Positions 28,879 to 38,236 of a stretch of DNA of 64,000 nt are shown one piece after another. The DNA comes from Acidobacteriaceae bacterium. GTDB lineage: Bacteria > Acidobacteriota > Terriglobia > Terriglobales > Acidobacteriaceae. The notes below the pieces were generated by a model that saw only the letters and a program-made list of their open reading frames with translations, was not told the DNA's origin and ran no database searches. Location: the NCBI GenBank assembly GCA_965218895.1, contig CBDCMI010000007.1:136025-200024 (forward strand). Reading direction: 5' to 3'. The translations under genes and the position numbers were made by a program. The number at the start of each line of letters is the position of its first letter. The stretch's first letter is position 1.

Positions 28879-29163
28879 GTGAACCAGCAGGTTAGGAAGT
28901 TGATCCAACAACTCGGTGAAGCCATCCATGAGTCCGTCTCCGAGTCTGAAGACATCGCAGGTGTAGTACGTAACATCCGCGAACAGGGCTTCGATGTCCT
29001 CCTCATGCTCGAGGCCACCATTGGCCTGAACGAGGTTGAGCCCGAAACCGACGACGATCAACAGGCCGACATCCCCACCGGCGAGTTCACTCCCAACGAC
29101 CTTAACTTCCTGAAAAGCCTTCGCATCACGGTGGACGGCGATACCGAACCTGATACTGAGTAG
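28879..29163 (+). CDS. Hypothetical protein
   Basis: GGAGG RBS then GTG; LGEAIHESVSESEDIA...FLKSLRI. Confidence 0.7.
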   Translation: MNQQVRKLIQQLGEAIHESVSESEDIAGVVRNIREQGFDVLLMLEATIGLNEVEPETDDDQQADIPTGEFTPNDLNFLKSLRITVDGDTEPDTE

Positions 29164-29206
29164 CTCCGCCACCCCTGCGCCGACTCCCTGATCGGCTCGA
29201 GTAGCC

Positions 29207-30127
29207 ATGCGCGTTCTCGTCCTATCCGACATTCACGCCAACCTCGAGGCACTCTGCGCTGTCCTCGACTTCACTGCCGTCCCCAGACTGCGCGTTGACA
29301 CGGTCTGGAATCTCGGTGACATCGTCGGATACGGGGGCAGCCCTAACCAGGTGATTGATATTATTCGTCCCCTGGCGTCGTTGAACGTCCGCGGCAACCA
29401 TGACCGCGTCTGCTCCGGCCTGTCTTCGGCCGTCAACTTCAATCCCATTGCCCGGGCCGCCGTCGAGTGGACCCGGGCCGAGCTCACCTCCGGCAGCCGG
29501 GAATGGCTCCGCTCCCTCGCGCAGGGCCCACTCCACCCGTCTCCCGCCACCTCCCCGGTTCAGCCCGCTGCGGTCGAGGTCCTCCTCCTGGCCGGCTCAA
29601 GTTCCGCCTCGACCCTCGCCGCGCCCTTCGCCTCGGACGCCGAACTCGACCCCCTCGCCGCCGCCCTCTCCCCGGACCGTTCGGACGCCGCCGTCACCTG
29701 CGCGCATGGCTCCCCACTGCACGAAGATCACTACGTCGTGACCCTGCGCGACGCCCTTGACCCGCTCCGGCAGTCAGCCTCCTCCGTCACCTTTATCGGC
29801 CATACCCACATTCAGGGAGGCTTCGCCCTTCGGGCCGACCCGGAGCTCGCCCCCTCGTGGCAGGAGCTTCGCCCACGCCTCCCCTCCCGCTCCCGCGCCG
29901 AAAGCTGGGCGGTCCCGCTCCAACCCGGCGTCCGCCACCTCATCAACCCGGGCTCCGTAGGCCAGCCACGTGATGGCGACTGGCGCGCCGCCTTCGCCAT
30001 CTACGATGACGAAGCTGCCGAGATCACCTTTCACCGCATCCCCTACGACGTCACAGCCGCCCAGGGCCACATTCTTCTTGCCGGCCTGCCCGAGCGCCTC
30101 GCCGAACGCCTTCGCCACGGGAGATAG
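29207..30127 (+). CDS. Metallophosphoesterase (calcineurin-like)
   Basis: SDIHAN, LGDIVGYG, RGNHD, HGSP, GHTH, INPGSVGQPRDGD. Confidence 0.92.
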   Translation: MRVLVLSDIHANLEALCAVLDFTAVPRLRVDTVWNLGDIVGYGGSPNQVIDIIRPLASLNVRGNHDRVCSGLSSAVNFNPIARAAVEWTRAELTSGSREWLRSLAQGPLHPSPATSPVQPAAVEVLLLAGSSSASTLAAPFASDAELDPLAAALSPDRSDAAVTCAHGSPLHEDHYVVTLRDALDPLRQSASSVTFIGHTHIQGGFALRADPELAPSWQELRPRLPSRSRAESWAVPLQPGVRHLINPGSVGQPRDGDWRAAFAIYDDEAAEITFHRIPYDVTAAQGHILLAGLPERLAERLRHGR

Positions 30128-30178
30128 GTACCCAGGTCCCCCGCTAACCCCCGTCGCGCCTCTGCATCCAACTCCAAC

Positions 30179-30424
30179 ATGCGCTACATCGCCACCATCT
30201 TCATCGAACTCCGTGACCTGGATGTCACTCGCATCGCCGAAGCCGACCGCGAGGTCCAGGCGCTCATGCACCGCGAGGGCTTCGACAAGCACGGCTCCGA
30301 CTTTGTCGGCCCGACCAACAAGGAAGCAGACGAACTCCGTGAGTACCTCAACGGGGAGGTCCTGCCCCAACTGCAATCCGTCGGCAAACCCTATGCCGAG
30401 ATCACCCATCATCGCAGGGCTTAG
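30179..30424 (+). CDS. Small hypothetical protein (81 aa)
   Basis: Host-like codon usage, fits between co-oriented genes. Confidence 0.65.
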   Translation: MRYIATIFIELRDLDVTRIAEADREVQALMHREGFDKHGSDFVGPTNKEADELREYLNGEVLPQLQSVGKPYAEITHHRRA

Positions 30425-30427
30425 ACC

Positions 30428-31078
30428 ATGCGTGCTCTTCTTCTCGCCCCCCTGGCTCTGGCCGCCAGCCTCGCCGCGCAGGTGTCAGCCCGCCCGGCCC
30501 CCGCGGTCGCGGCACAGACTCCGCCGGCCGTCGAAGCGCTCACACCCGTCGTTCAGCCCGCAACCACTCAGCTGGCCCAAATGCTTCCCCTGCTTCGGCC
30601 GGAGAAGTGGAAGCTCTCCGCCGACCTCCGGCGCCAGACGACCGACAATCTCTCCTCCATCTCCACCGATCTCAACTCCACCTTGCCGCCCCTGCTCTCC
30701 GCGGCAGACAGTACGCCGGCTGCGCTTCCCTCGCTGCTTGCCCTGTCCCGCAATCTCCGCGCTCTCTATGACGTAACGCTTCGTGTCTTAGCCACCTCTG
30801 AAGTCGCCGCGCCCGAACAGCAGGCCGAGGGCCTCGCCAACGCCCTAAGCGCGCTCAATACTGCCATTCATCACCTCGACGGCAGCATTGACACCGCAGC
30901 GCAACTCCAGATGGGCAGGATCGCCACCCTCCAAACCTCTCTCACCAAGGCCAACACGGACCTGGCCACGGCCAACTCCGCGCTTCAGGCCCAGACCAAA
31001 CCCAAACCCACGGCTCACTCCAAATCCAAGGTCCACCACAGGTCTTCCTCCACTACTTCCACGGCGCCAACTCAGTAG
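30428..31078 (+). CDS. Exported helical hypothetical protein
   Basis: Signal peptide MRALLLAPLALAASLAAQ; coiled-coil body; Lys/Ser-rich tail. Confidence 0.7.
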   Translation: MRALLLAPLALAASLAAQVSARPAPAVAAQTPPAVEALTPVVQPATTQLAQMLPLLRPEKWKLSADLRRQTTDNLSSISTDLNSTLPPLLSAADSTPAALPSLLALSRNLRALYDVTLRVLATSEVAAPEQQAEGLANALSALNTAIHHLDGSIDTAAQLQMGRIATLQTSLTKANTDLATANSALQAQTKPKPTAHSKSKVHHRSSSTTSTAPTQ

Positions 31079-31120
31079 CTCGCGCCGGACTCAGGAGAAC
31101 CTATGGCCCGCATAACCTCT

Positions 31121-31876
31121 CTATCGCAGCGGGTAGAGCACCATCCCGCGAAAGAACACCTCGGCTCCCTCCGACTGGAATAGAACTCGTCCGTCTGTGG
31201 GGAAGGGATCCGTGCCGATGTTCGCCAGAACGCCGTTCACCCACTGCCGAATCTCTTTGTCGTCGACCACCACCTCGAGCACGTTCCACTGTCCGTGCGG
31301 TCGCTCCAGCTCGCCGGAGCTGTTGCGGAACCCGACCACATTCTGCTCCGGGCCTTTGCCGATGTGCCCAATGTTCTTCGCCCCTCCGGGCGGCCCCACC
31401 ACCCGTACCCCGTCGGCCCCCGTCAGCGCTGCCCCGTCCGTCATCCAGAAGTCCCCCGTCTCACCCTCCTTGATCTGAAACTCAATCGACCGCGGCCACA
31501 CCTTGTTCGGTCCCTGGATGTTGTAGAGGATACCGCTATCTCGCGCCTGCCCTGCCCGCTCGCCAAACGTTCCCTCGCCCCACTTGAACTCCGCCCGGAG
31601 ATAGAAGCGATGAAAGCTCTGCTTGGTCACGATGTACCCCATCTCCTTGCCCGAGACGTGCACCACGCCATTCTCAACGGAGAACACGTGGATCGGGTCG
31701 GTATTCAGCCCGCGTCCGCGGATGAATGTGTCGAACCCCGCGAGATCCTTCCCGTCAAACAGAACCACAGCGGGCCCATGCGGCGGAATCACCACACCAG
31801 GACTTCCCTGCCCCAGACTGCTCCCCCCGCCACACGCGACCAACCCCGCCAGCAAACCGCCGATCCATCGCTTCAT
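31121..31876 (-). CDS. DUF1080 / 3-keto-disaccharide hydrolase family
   Basis: LFDGKDLAG, EFKWG, RDSGIL, EFQI, GQWN, FQSEGAEVFFR. Confidence 0.85.
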   Translation of the reverse strand: MKRWIGGLLAGLVACGGGSSLGQGSPGVVIPPHGPAVVLFDGKDLAGFDTFIRGRGLNTDPIHVFSVENGVVHVSGKEMGYIVTKQSFHRFYLRAEFKWGEGTFGERAGQARDSGILYNIQGPNKVWPRSIEFQIKEGETGDFWMTDGAALTGADGVRVVGPPGGAKNIGHIGKGPEQNVVGFRNSSGELERPHGQWNVLEVVVDDKEIRQWVNGVLANIGTDPFPTDGRVLFQSEGAEVFFRGMVLYPLR

Positions 31877-31943
31877 CAAAGCTCCTCTCCTCAACCAAAT
31901 ATCTGAAGACCTCTTTGCGCGGCACGCAGACTCACTTATGGAG

Positions 31944-32312
31944 TCAACGCACACTGTGAGCTACGCCGCAACTCATCTCCGTTTCGCTCAAGCAGCGCTC
32001 GGGGCCGCCGTAGATCGAGGAAGTGTGAATGTCGTTGACGCTCAGATCGAGCGCCCGATTAATGATCGGGACGGCAACCTCGAAGGTGTTCGGCTTCTCG
32101 ATCGCCTGGCCACCGAGCGAGACGCCCACCTTGTACCTGATGCGGCAGAGATTGCGAGTCGGCATGTCGTAGGTCGCCTTTGGCTCATACGGGAGCGCGG
32201 GCAAGGTCGACGGCGCTGCGGCCACGGGGAGAGACGGGGCAAGCAGGCCGGCAGCAGCCGCGGTCGATGACTTCAGAAAGGTGCAACGAATCCGACAGTC
32301 GGTGTGCTTCAT
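31944..32312 (-). pseudogene. Truncated, degenerate aldo/keto reductase
   Basis: MPTRNLCRIRYKVGVSLGGQA...RALDLSVNDIHTSSIYGG resembles an AKR N-terminus (usual ...GVNYIDTS.YG); Tat-like leader eroded; ORF ends after ~120 aa. Confidence 0.7.
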
Positions 32313-32474
32313 GGGGCTGGGGACCTCGCGCGCGTGGAGTGAAGAGGCAGCCAGTGTACCGCCGCGCTCCAAGAGATGGAAACTGTCACGTTGACCGGCG
32401 ACGCACATCGTCCTGCCCTCGCAGGGAAAGTCCGGTTGTATGATCGCCGAAACAGACATCTCCAGGAGCAGCGC

Positions 32475-33059
32475 ATGAGTGTAACTCGGCGGAGTTTTGT
32501 GATGCGGGCAGGAGCGGCCTCCTTGATCTCGGGTGACCTTCTGACACACGCCCTGGCAGAGAACGTCGGGAGCGCGGCGGACCACAAGCGGATGCGGTCC
32601 GTCGCTGCCTTTACGGCGGAGACCCTGAGCACCGACCATCCCATGCCGTTCGGCGCGGAGATCGTCGACACAGGAACGGGTGAACGGCTTATGCGCGCGG
32701 TGAACCGCGTAGGTCCCGACCACGACCCCAGCGCGCACGCCGAAACCCTGACCATTCGCCTGGCCTGCGCCAGGCTGGGCTCGGGCTCACTCAAGGGGTA
32801 CACCCTTTACACCACCTGCGAACCGTGCGCGATGTGCATGGCGTGTGCTCTCTGGTCGGGCCTGGATCGCCTGGTCTTTGGCGCAACCATTGCCGATGCG
32901 GGCCGGTTCGTCTCCCAGATCTCAATACCCGCCAAGGAGGTGGCGCGCCGGACCGACCTGCATTGCGTGGTGGATGGGCCGGTCGAGCGCGAAGCCTGCG
33001 TGAAACTCTTCACTGACCCCCGCATGCAAGCCGTCTACGCCACCTGGAGGAAACGTTAA
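32475..33059 (+). CDS. Zn-dependent nucleoside deaminase (guanine deaminase/TadA-like fold) with twin-arginine leader
   Basis: MSVTRRSFVMRAGAA; PFGAEIV, DPSAHAE, TCEPCAMC. Confidence 0.85.
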   Translation: MSVTRRSFVMRAGAASLISGDLLTHALAENVGSAADHKRMRSVAAFTAETLSTDHPMPFGAEIVDTGTGERLMRAVNRVGPDHDPSAHAETLTIRLACARLGSGSLKGYTLYTTCEPCAMCMACALWSGLDRLVFGATIADAGRFVSQISIPAKEVARRTDLHCVVDGPVEREACVKLFTDPRMQAVYATWRKR

Positions 33060-33119
33060 GCGTCTGCTCCGGCGGAGTGTGTGCTTCCGCGAGAAAGATC
33101 CCAACCGGAGCCCATCCGC

Positions 33120-35045
33120 CTAATCGTCGTCTTCCTTCGAGGCGGGAACGACCTCCGGCTTGGTGCGCGGTGCGGTGATGTCGTCGAGGTAGGCGGGGGT
33201 GTTCGAAATCCGCTCCAGGTGAGGATAGCGGGGTCCACCGTGGTAGTCGAGCGTGTGGCTCGTCACAAATGTATCGGCCTGCGTCAGCAGTGTGAGCGGT
33301 GCCGTGGAGGTCTTGGAGTCGCGCACCGCCTGCTTCACCGCATCGGGCGAGAAGGCGATGCCGTTGATGGCCAGAAGCTGGATGCCCGGAGCGATGCCGG
33401 CCTTGTCCGCGGGGCTGTTCCACTTCACATCCGCGATAGTGCCCGTGTTCGAGATGCGAAGGCCGAGGGAGTACCAGACATCGAGCTTCGCCGCGCGGCG
33501 GCCGCCATTGTCCCGAAGGATCTTCTCCCCTTCGCTTGGGTGGTCGGTATAGACAAGCCGGTAGCCGCCACGCTCGATTCCGGCGAGATCGGCGCGCGGG
33601 TTTATCTCGTCGATGCGCTGATGCATGAACGCCGCCCAGTCATACGGCAGCACCTCGTCAAGGTCGCGGACAAGCTCATCGCGGTTATAGGTCACAATGA
33701 GTGGCCCGGTGTTGCCGCCCTTGCCGAGAAAGATCTTCCAGAAGTCGTCCAGGCTCTTCTTGTTCCCTGTCTTCTGCCGGATCAGGGTGTCGGCATCCAG
33801 CCAGAAGAGCTCGCCCTCCTGGTAGTAGTCCTGCCCGCGACGCCAGTTGAACCAGGCGGGGTTGCCGCCGCGAAGCACAGAGGCCGCAATCGCCGTGTCT
33901 TCTGTTGGGCGCCACTCGCGACCCGGCCGATTGTCCAACTGGGCGGCAGAGAGCGCGAGGAGGTCGCGGTACTCCGCCTGCGACTTGAGGCCGGAGCGCG
34001 CCGCCATCAGGTTCCCGAGATACTGCGTCATGCCCTCATAGACCCAAAGCAGCGATCCCTGCTGTGCCTTCTCGAAGTCGGTCTGGTACAGGTTGAAGGG
34101 GCGTCGGTACTTGCCGTTCCAGGAGTGGGTGAACTCGTGCGAAAGCAGGTCCGCCTCGGCAAGCTGATGTTTCTGATCGGAGAAGGATTTCTCGCCGACG
34201 CCGTTATCGGAGCTCTGCCCGTGCTCCAGGCCTTCGCCTTCAGTGGCGTCAGAGAGCGTGAGGAGAAAGTGATAGACGTTGTAGTGGTGCGAGGCGTACG
34301 CCTTATCCGTCTCGCGGACCAGGTTGGAGATCTCGGCCAGCACCTGAGGGCGCAGATTCGAGTCGGCGGGTTCGTCTGATACGACATCGATAAAGTGCTT
34401 GGGCGTGATCTCGGGCGCAAGCGGGAACTCGTGAAAGTACTGTCCTGTAATTACTGGCGAATCCTGCAGCTGCTCGACCGTGGTGGCGGCGTACTGCGTC
34501 GTCCCACCGGCAGGGTGCTGGGCGTCGTATGGGCTGGTAGGCGTAAGGGCCGTTCCGATGCCCCATCCCTCGGGAACCTTCACGGAGGGCTGGATCGCAA
34601 TGCTGGCCACAGGGACGTGCGCGGGGTAGAGCAGCAGTTTTTCCCACTCCAGAACGGCGAACTTCTGCGTCAAACGCTCGGTCACAATGCAGTCCAGATG
34701 GGCGTGCAACGTAGTGACCCCCTTGGGAACGACCACATGAAACTCATACATGTCGACGTCGTCGCGGCGCCAGGAGAGCGGCTTGCCGTCCGCCGAGAAG
34801 ACCACGCCAACAATGTCCTCGACGGGGCCCGTCGGCCGGTGATTGCCGGGAATCCACTTGGGAGTCGTCAGGTCGACGATGCCTGCGCTAACCGGGATCT
34901 CAACCTCAGCATGGTAGATCTTCTTGGTTGCATCCGAAAGATCAGCGTGAATTTGGATCGGCGTTTGCCCGGGCTTCTGGCCGGCGGCGTAGGTGGTCAG
35001 CAAGGCGAGAGCGGCAAAGAGGCCGCGACGACGGAGATCGGTCAA
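33120..35045 (-). CDS. M61-family (glycyl) aminopeptidase with C-terminal PDZ domain
   Basis: PKWIPGNH, GLEH, HEFTHSWNGKYRRP, LWVYEG, SPADKAGI. Confidence 0.92.
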   Translation of the reverse strand: MTDLRRRGLFAALALLTTYAAGQKPGQTPIQIHADLSDATKKIYHAEVEIPVSAGIVDLTTPKWIPGNHRPTGPVEDIVGVVFSADGKPLSWRRDDVDMYEFHVVVPKGVTTLHAHLDCIVTERLTQKFAVLEWEKLLLYPAHVPVASIAIQPSVKVPEGWGIGTALTPTSPYDAQHPAGGTTQYAATTVEQLQDSPVITGQYFHEFPLAPEITPKHFIDVVSDEPADSNLRPQVLAEISNLVRETDKAYASHHYNVYHFLLTLSDATEGEGLEHGQSSDNGVGEKSFSDQKHQLAEADLLSHEFTHSWNGKYRRPFNLYQTDFEKAQQGSLLWVYEGMTQYLGNLMAARSGLKSQAEYRDLLALSAAQLDNRPGREWRPTEDTAIAASVLRGGNPAWFNWRRGQDYYQEGELFWLDADTLIRQKTGNKKSLDDFWKIFLGKGGNTGPLIVTYNRDELVRDLDEVLPYDWAAFMHQRIDEINPRADLAGIERGGYRLVYTDHPSEGEKILRDNGGRRAAKLDVWYSLGLRISNTGTIADVKWNSPADKAGIAPGIQLLAINGIAFSPDAVKQAVRDSKTSTAPLTLLTQADTFVTSHTLDYHGGPRYPHLERISNTPAYLDDITAPRTKPEVVPASKEDDD

Positions 35046-35075
35046 GAGAGGTGCCTTTCGTGTGGGAACAGTCGG

Positions 35076-35654
35076 CTACGGGCGGGGAGAGGCGAGAGCG
35101 GATTCGAGAGCGGACCGAAGAATCGGGTCCGTGGGGGCAATGTCCGAGGCGTAGCGTCCAAGCACTGCGCCGTCGCGCCCAAGGAGAAACTTCTCGAAGT
35201 TCCACAGGACCTCGGGCGCAGGATGGGTTGTCTCGTGGCGGCTCTGGAGAAACTCGTCCAGATGCGCACGCAGGCCGGGGTCGCCGGATGTGGTTTCGGG
35301 CTGGGCGGCGATGAGCGCCGCGTAGAGCGGGTGCTTCCCGGGCCCGGTCGCGGCAAGCTTCTCGAACATGGGGAAGGAGGCGCCGAAGCTGCCCGTGCAG
35401 AAGCTGGCAATTTCCTGGTTGGAGCCGGGCTCCTGCTCACCAAAATCGTTGGCGGGAAAGCCGAGCACGGCAAAGCCTCGGTCCTTGTAGGCCCGGAAGA
35501 TCTCCTCGAGGCCTTCGTACTGCGGGGTGAAGCCGCAGCCTGACGCCACGTTGACCACGAGCAACACGTCCCCGCGAAAGCTCTCGAGCGTGGTCGGCTC
35601 GCCGGAGATGCGATGCAGAGGGATGGCAGAGAGGGCGGGTGTGGCGCTGGCCAT
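35076..35654 (-). CDS. Glutathione peroxidase family protein
   Basis: VNVASGCGFTPQY, FPANDFGEQEPG, WNFEKFL. Confidence 0.92.
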   Translation of the reverse strand: MASATPALSAIPLHRISGEPTTLESFRGDVLLVVNVASGCGFTPQYEGLEEIFRAYKDRGFAVLGFPANDFGEQEPGSNQEIASFCTGSFGASFPMFEKLAATGPGKHPLYAALIAAQPETTSGDPGLRAHLDEFLQSRHETTHPAPEVLWNFEKFLLGRDGAVLGRYASDIAPTDPILRSALESALASPRP

Positions 35655-35793
35655 AAAGCTCCTTAGAGTCGTTTCGGTGGCATCAGTATAGCGGTGACCA
35701 GGCGGCACCGAGGCGAATGGACTTCTCCTATGCCCATACTCACCTATTTGCACGTGGAACCTTGAACGACAGTGCGGTAGCATCTCACGAGCC

Positions 35794-37671
35794 ATGTCGA
35801 TTGCAGACCTGTTGATTGGAAAGCCGCTCGCGACGAGCGCGGAGCACGACGAGCACATCGGCATCGCAGCCGGTGTGCCGATCTTTGGGCTGGATGGTCT
35901 GACCAGCGCGGCGTACGGGCCGGAGGCAGCGATGACGCTGCTCATTCCCCTGGGCGTCCCCGGCGTTCAGGCCCATCTCCTGCCGGTCTTTACCGCCATC
36001 CTTATCCTGCTCGCCATCGTCTACTTCAGCTATCGGCAGACGATCCAAGCCTACCCAAACGGCGGTGGAAGCTATACCGTGGCCAGCGAAAACCTGGGTG
36101 ACGGTGCGGGGCTGCTGGCAGCGGCGGCGCTGATGATCGATTACATCCTGACAGCGGCTGTGGGCGTCTCGGCAGGCGTAACGGCGTTGGTGAGCGCCGT
36201 TCCCTCTCTGCATCCGCACCAGCTGGGTCTGTGCCTGTTGATCCTCGCCATCATCGCCATCGTAAACATGCGCGGGGTAAAGGAGTCAGGGTTCGCTTTT
36301 ATGCTGCCCACCTTTGCCTTTGTGGGCACACTGGTGGCAACCATCGTGTGGGGTGTGTGGAAGGTGGTGGCAACCGGCGGGCATCCGGTAGCCATCGCCG
36401 CGCCCCCGCCGCCGATCCCGGCAACCATGAGCGTCCTGACGACGTGGCTGCTGCTCAAGACCTTTGCCAGCGGATGCGCGGCCATGACCGGGGTGGAGGC
36501 TGTGTCTAACGGCGTCACCGCCTTCCGCGAGCCGCGGTCGAAGAACGCCAGCGCCGCGCTCACCATCATCATCGTCACGCTGATCGTGCTTTTGTATGGG
36601 TTGTCGTACTTGGCCAAGGCATACCACCTGACCGCAATGGATCCTGACGCCTCGAATTATCAGAGCGTACTCAGCATTCTGGTGGCGGCGGTCTTCGGTC
36701 GCGGCTGGTTTTACTTCGTCACCATGGGTGCCGTGCTGGCGGCGCTTTCGTTCTCCGCCAACACGGCTTTCGCGGACTTCCCCCGCATGGCACGGGCGAT
36801 CGCAGCGCACGATTACCTGCCGCACGTCTTCACGGTACGCGGGCGACGGCTGCTCTTCTCCCACGGCATCTACGCCCTCACCGGCTTCACGGCCACCATC
36901 CTCATCCTGTTCCGCGGCGTCACCGACAAGCTCATCCCGCTCTATGCCATCGGGGCATTTCTGGCGTTCACGCTCAGCCAGGCGGGCATGGTGGTGCACT
37001 GGCTGCACTCGCGGAGCCAGCGGGGGTGGCTCCCGAAGCTGGTCGTCAACGGTATCGGCGCAATCGCCACGGGAGCCACGTTGTGCGTCGTGCTGGTGGC
37101 TAAGTTCGCATCCGGCGCGTGGGTTACCGCGCTTCTGGTGCCGCTCCTGATCCTGACCATGCTCGGCATCAAGAGGCACTACGCGCGCGTGCGGGCGGAG
37201 ACGGCGGATGCGACTCCGCTGCGGACGACCGGCCTGGAGGCGCCGGTCGTGGTCATCCCACTGGCGCGATGGAACAAAGTGGCCGAAAAGGCCATGCGCT
37301 TCGGTCTGCTGCTCTCTGGCGACATCAAGGTCGTGCACGTGGAGAGTGAACACTCAGAGCACGAGACAGAGCTCTCCGAGGTATGGGACGAGCAGGTGCT
37401 GAAGCCAATTCGCGCGGCAGACTTCCCCGAGCCGGAGCTTGTTAACATCTCGTCCGAGTATCGCGCCATGGTGTCGCCGCTTATGGATTATCTCTTCAAG
37501 CTGGAAAGGGAGTACCCGACCAGGAAGATCTGCATCATCCTGCCGGAGCTTGTGGTGCGGCACTGGTGGGAGAATGCGCTGCACAATCAGCGGGCCCAAC
37601 TGTTGAAGTTCTACCTGCTGCTGCGCGGCAACGGACGCATGGTCGTCGTCAACATTCCGTGGTATCTGTAG
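35794..37671 (+). CDS. APC-family permease (KimA/YdaO-like)
   Basis: DGLTSAAYGPE, YPNGGGSY, MTGVEAVSNG, LIPLYAIG, C-terminal WWENALHNQ. Confidence 0.88.
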   Translation: MSIADLLIGKPLATSAEHDEHIGIAAGVPIFGLDGLTSAAYGPEAAMTLLIPLGVPGVQAHLLPVFTAILILLAIVYFSYRQTIQAYPNGGGSYTVASENLGDGAGLLAAAALMIDYILTAAVGVSAGVTALVSAVPSLHPHQLGLCLLILAIIAIVNMRGVKESGFAFMLPTFAFVGTLVATIVWGVWKVVATGGHPVAIAAPPPPIPATMSVLTTWLLLKTFASGCAAMTGVEAVSNGVTAFREPRSKNASAALTIIIVTLIVLLYGLSYLAKAYHLTAMDPDASNYQSVLSILVAAVFGRGWFYFVTMGAVLAALSFSANTAFADFPRMARAIAAHDYLPHVFTVRGRRLLFSHGIYALTGFTATILILFRGVTDKLIPLYAIGAFLAFTLSQAGMVVHWLHSRSQRGWLPKLVVNGIGAIATGATLCVVLVAKFASGAWVTALLVPLLILTMLGIKRHYARVRAETADATPLRTTGLEAPVVVIPLARWNKVAEKAMRFGLLLSGDIKVVHVESEHSEHETELSEVWDEQVLKPIRAADFPEPELVNISSEYRAMVSPLMDYLFKLEREYPTRKICIILPELVVRHWWENALHNQRAQLLKFYLLLRGNGRMVVVNIPWYL

Positions 37672-38227
37672 CACTCTGCTGCCGTTGGAAGTTTTCCGTG
37701 GCTTCGTCCAAAAGTTTGCGGGCCTGCGCCGGTCCGCCAACGCCGAGGACGGTGTAGATCTTTTCGCGCAGGATGCGAGGGTAGGCGATGAAGAACTCAC
37801 GGACCTGATTGAGTTGGGCCGGGGGGAGGTCCGCGACGTCTTGGACGGAGGCAAACTCGTGGCTCCGCGTACTGACCGCGAGCAGACGATCGTTGCGGCG
37901 GATCTTTCCGGAGGGCAGTGTGTCTTCGGCCTCGATAACACCGATCAGGCGGGCACCAACGACGCAGCCGGGGAAGGTCGGCGCGTCCGAGAAGAGAAGG
38001 ACATCGATGGGGTCGTCATCGCCGCCCCGGGTAGAGGGGACAAAGCCGAAGTCGTAGGGAAAGGCCATGCCGGCGGGGAGGATCTTGCCCAACCGCAGGA
38101 TCCGGCGCGCGGTGTCAAAGGTGTATTTGTTGCGGCTCTGTGCCGGAGTTTCGACCACGACCTGCAGAACGCCGTCCGCGTCGAAGGGGTCGAGGGTGGA
38201 GGGGTCGGCCAGGGGGAGGAGCGGCAT
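37649..38227 (-). CDS. Family I inorganic pyrophosphatase
   Basis: RNKY, PYDFGFVPST, DDDPIDV. Confidence 0.88.
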   Translation of the reverse strand: MPLLPLADPSTLDPFDADGVLQVVVETPAQSRNKYTFDTARRILRLGKILPAGMAFPYDFGFVPSTRGGDDDPIDVLLFSDAPTFPGCVVGARLIGVIEAEDTLPSGKIRRNDRLLAVSTRSHEFASVQDVADLPPAQLNQVREFFIAYPRILREKIYTVLGVGGPAQARKLLDEATENFQRQQSATDTTEC

Positions 38228-38236
38228 GTGTTTCTC

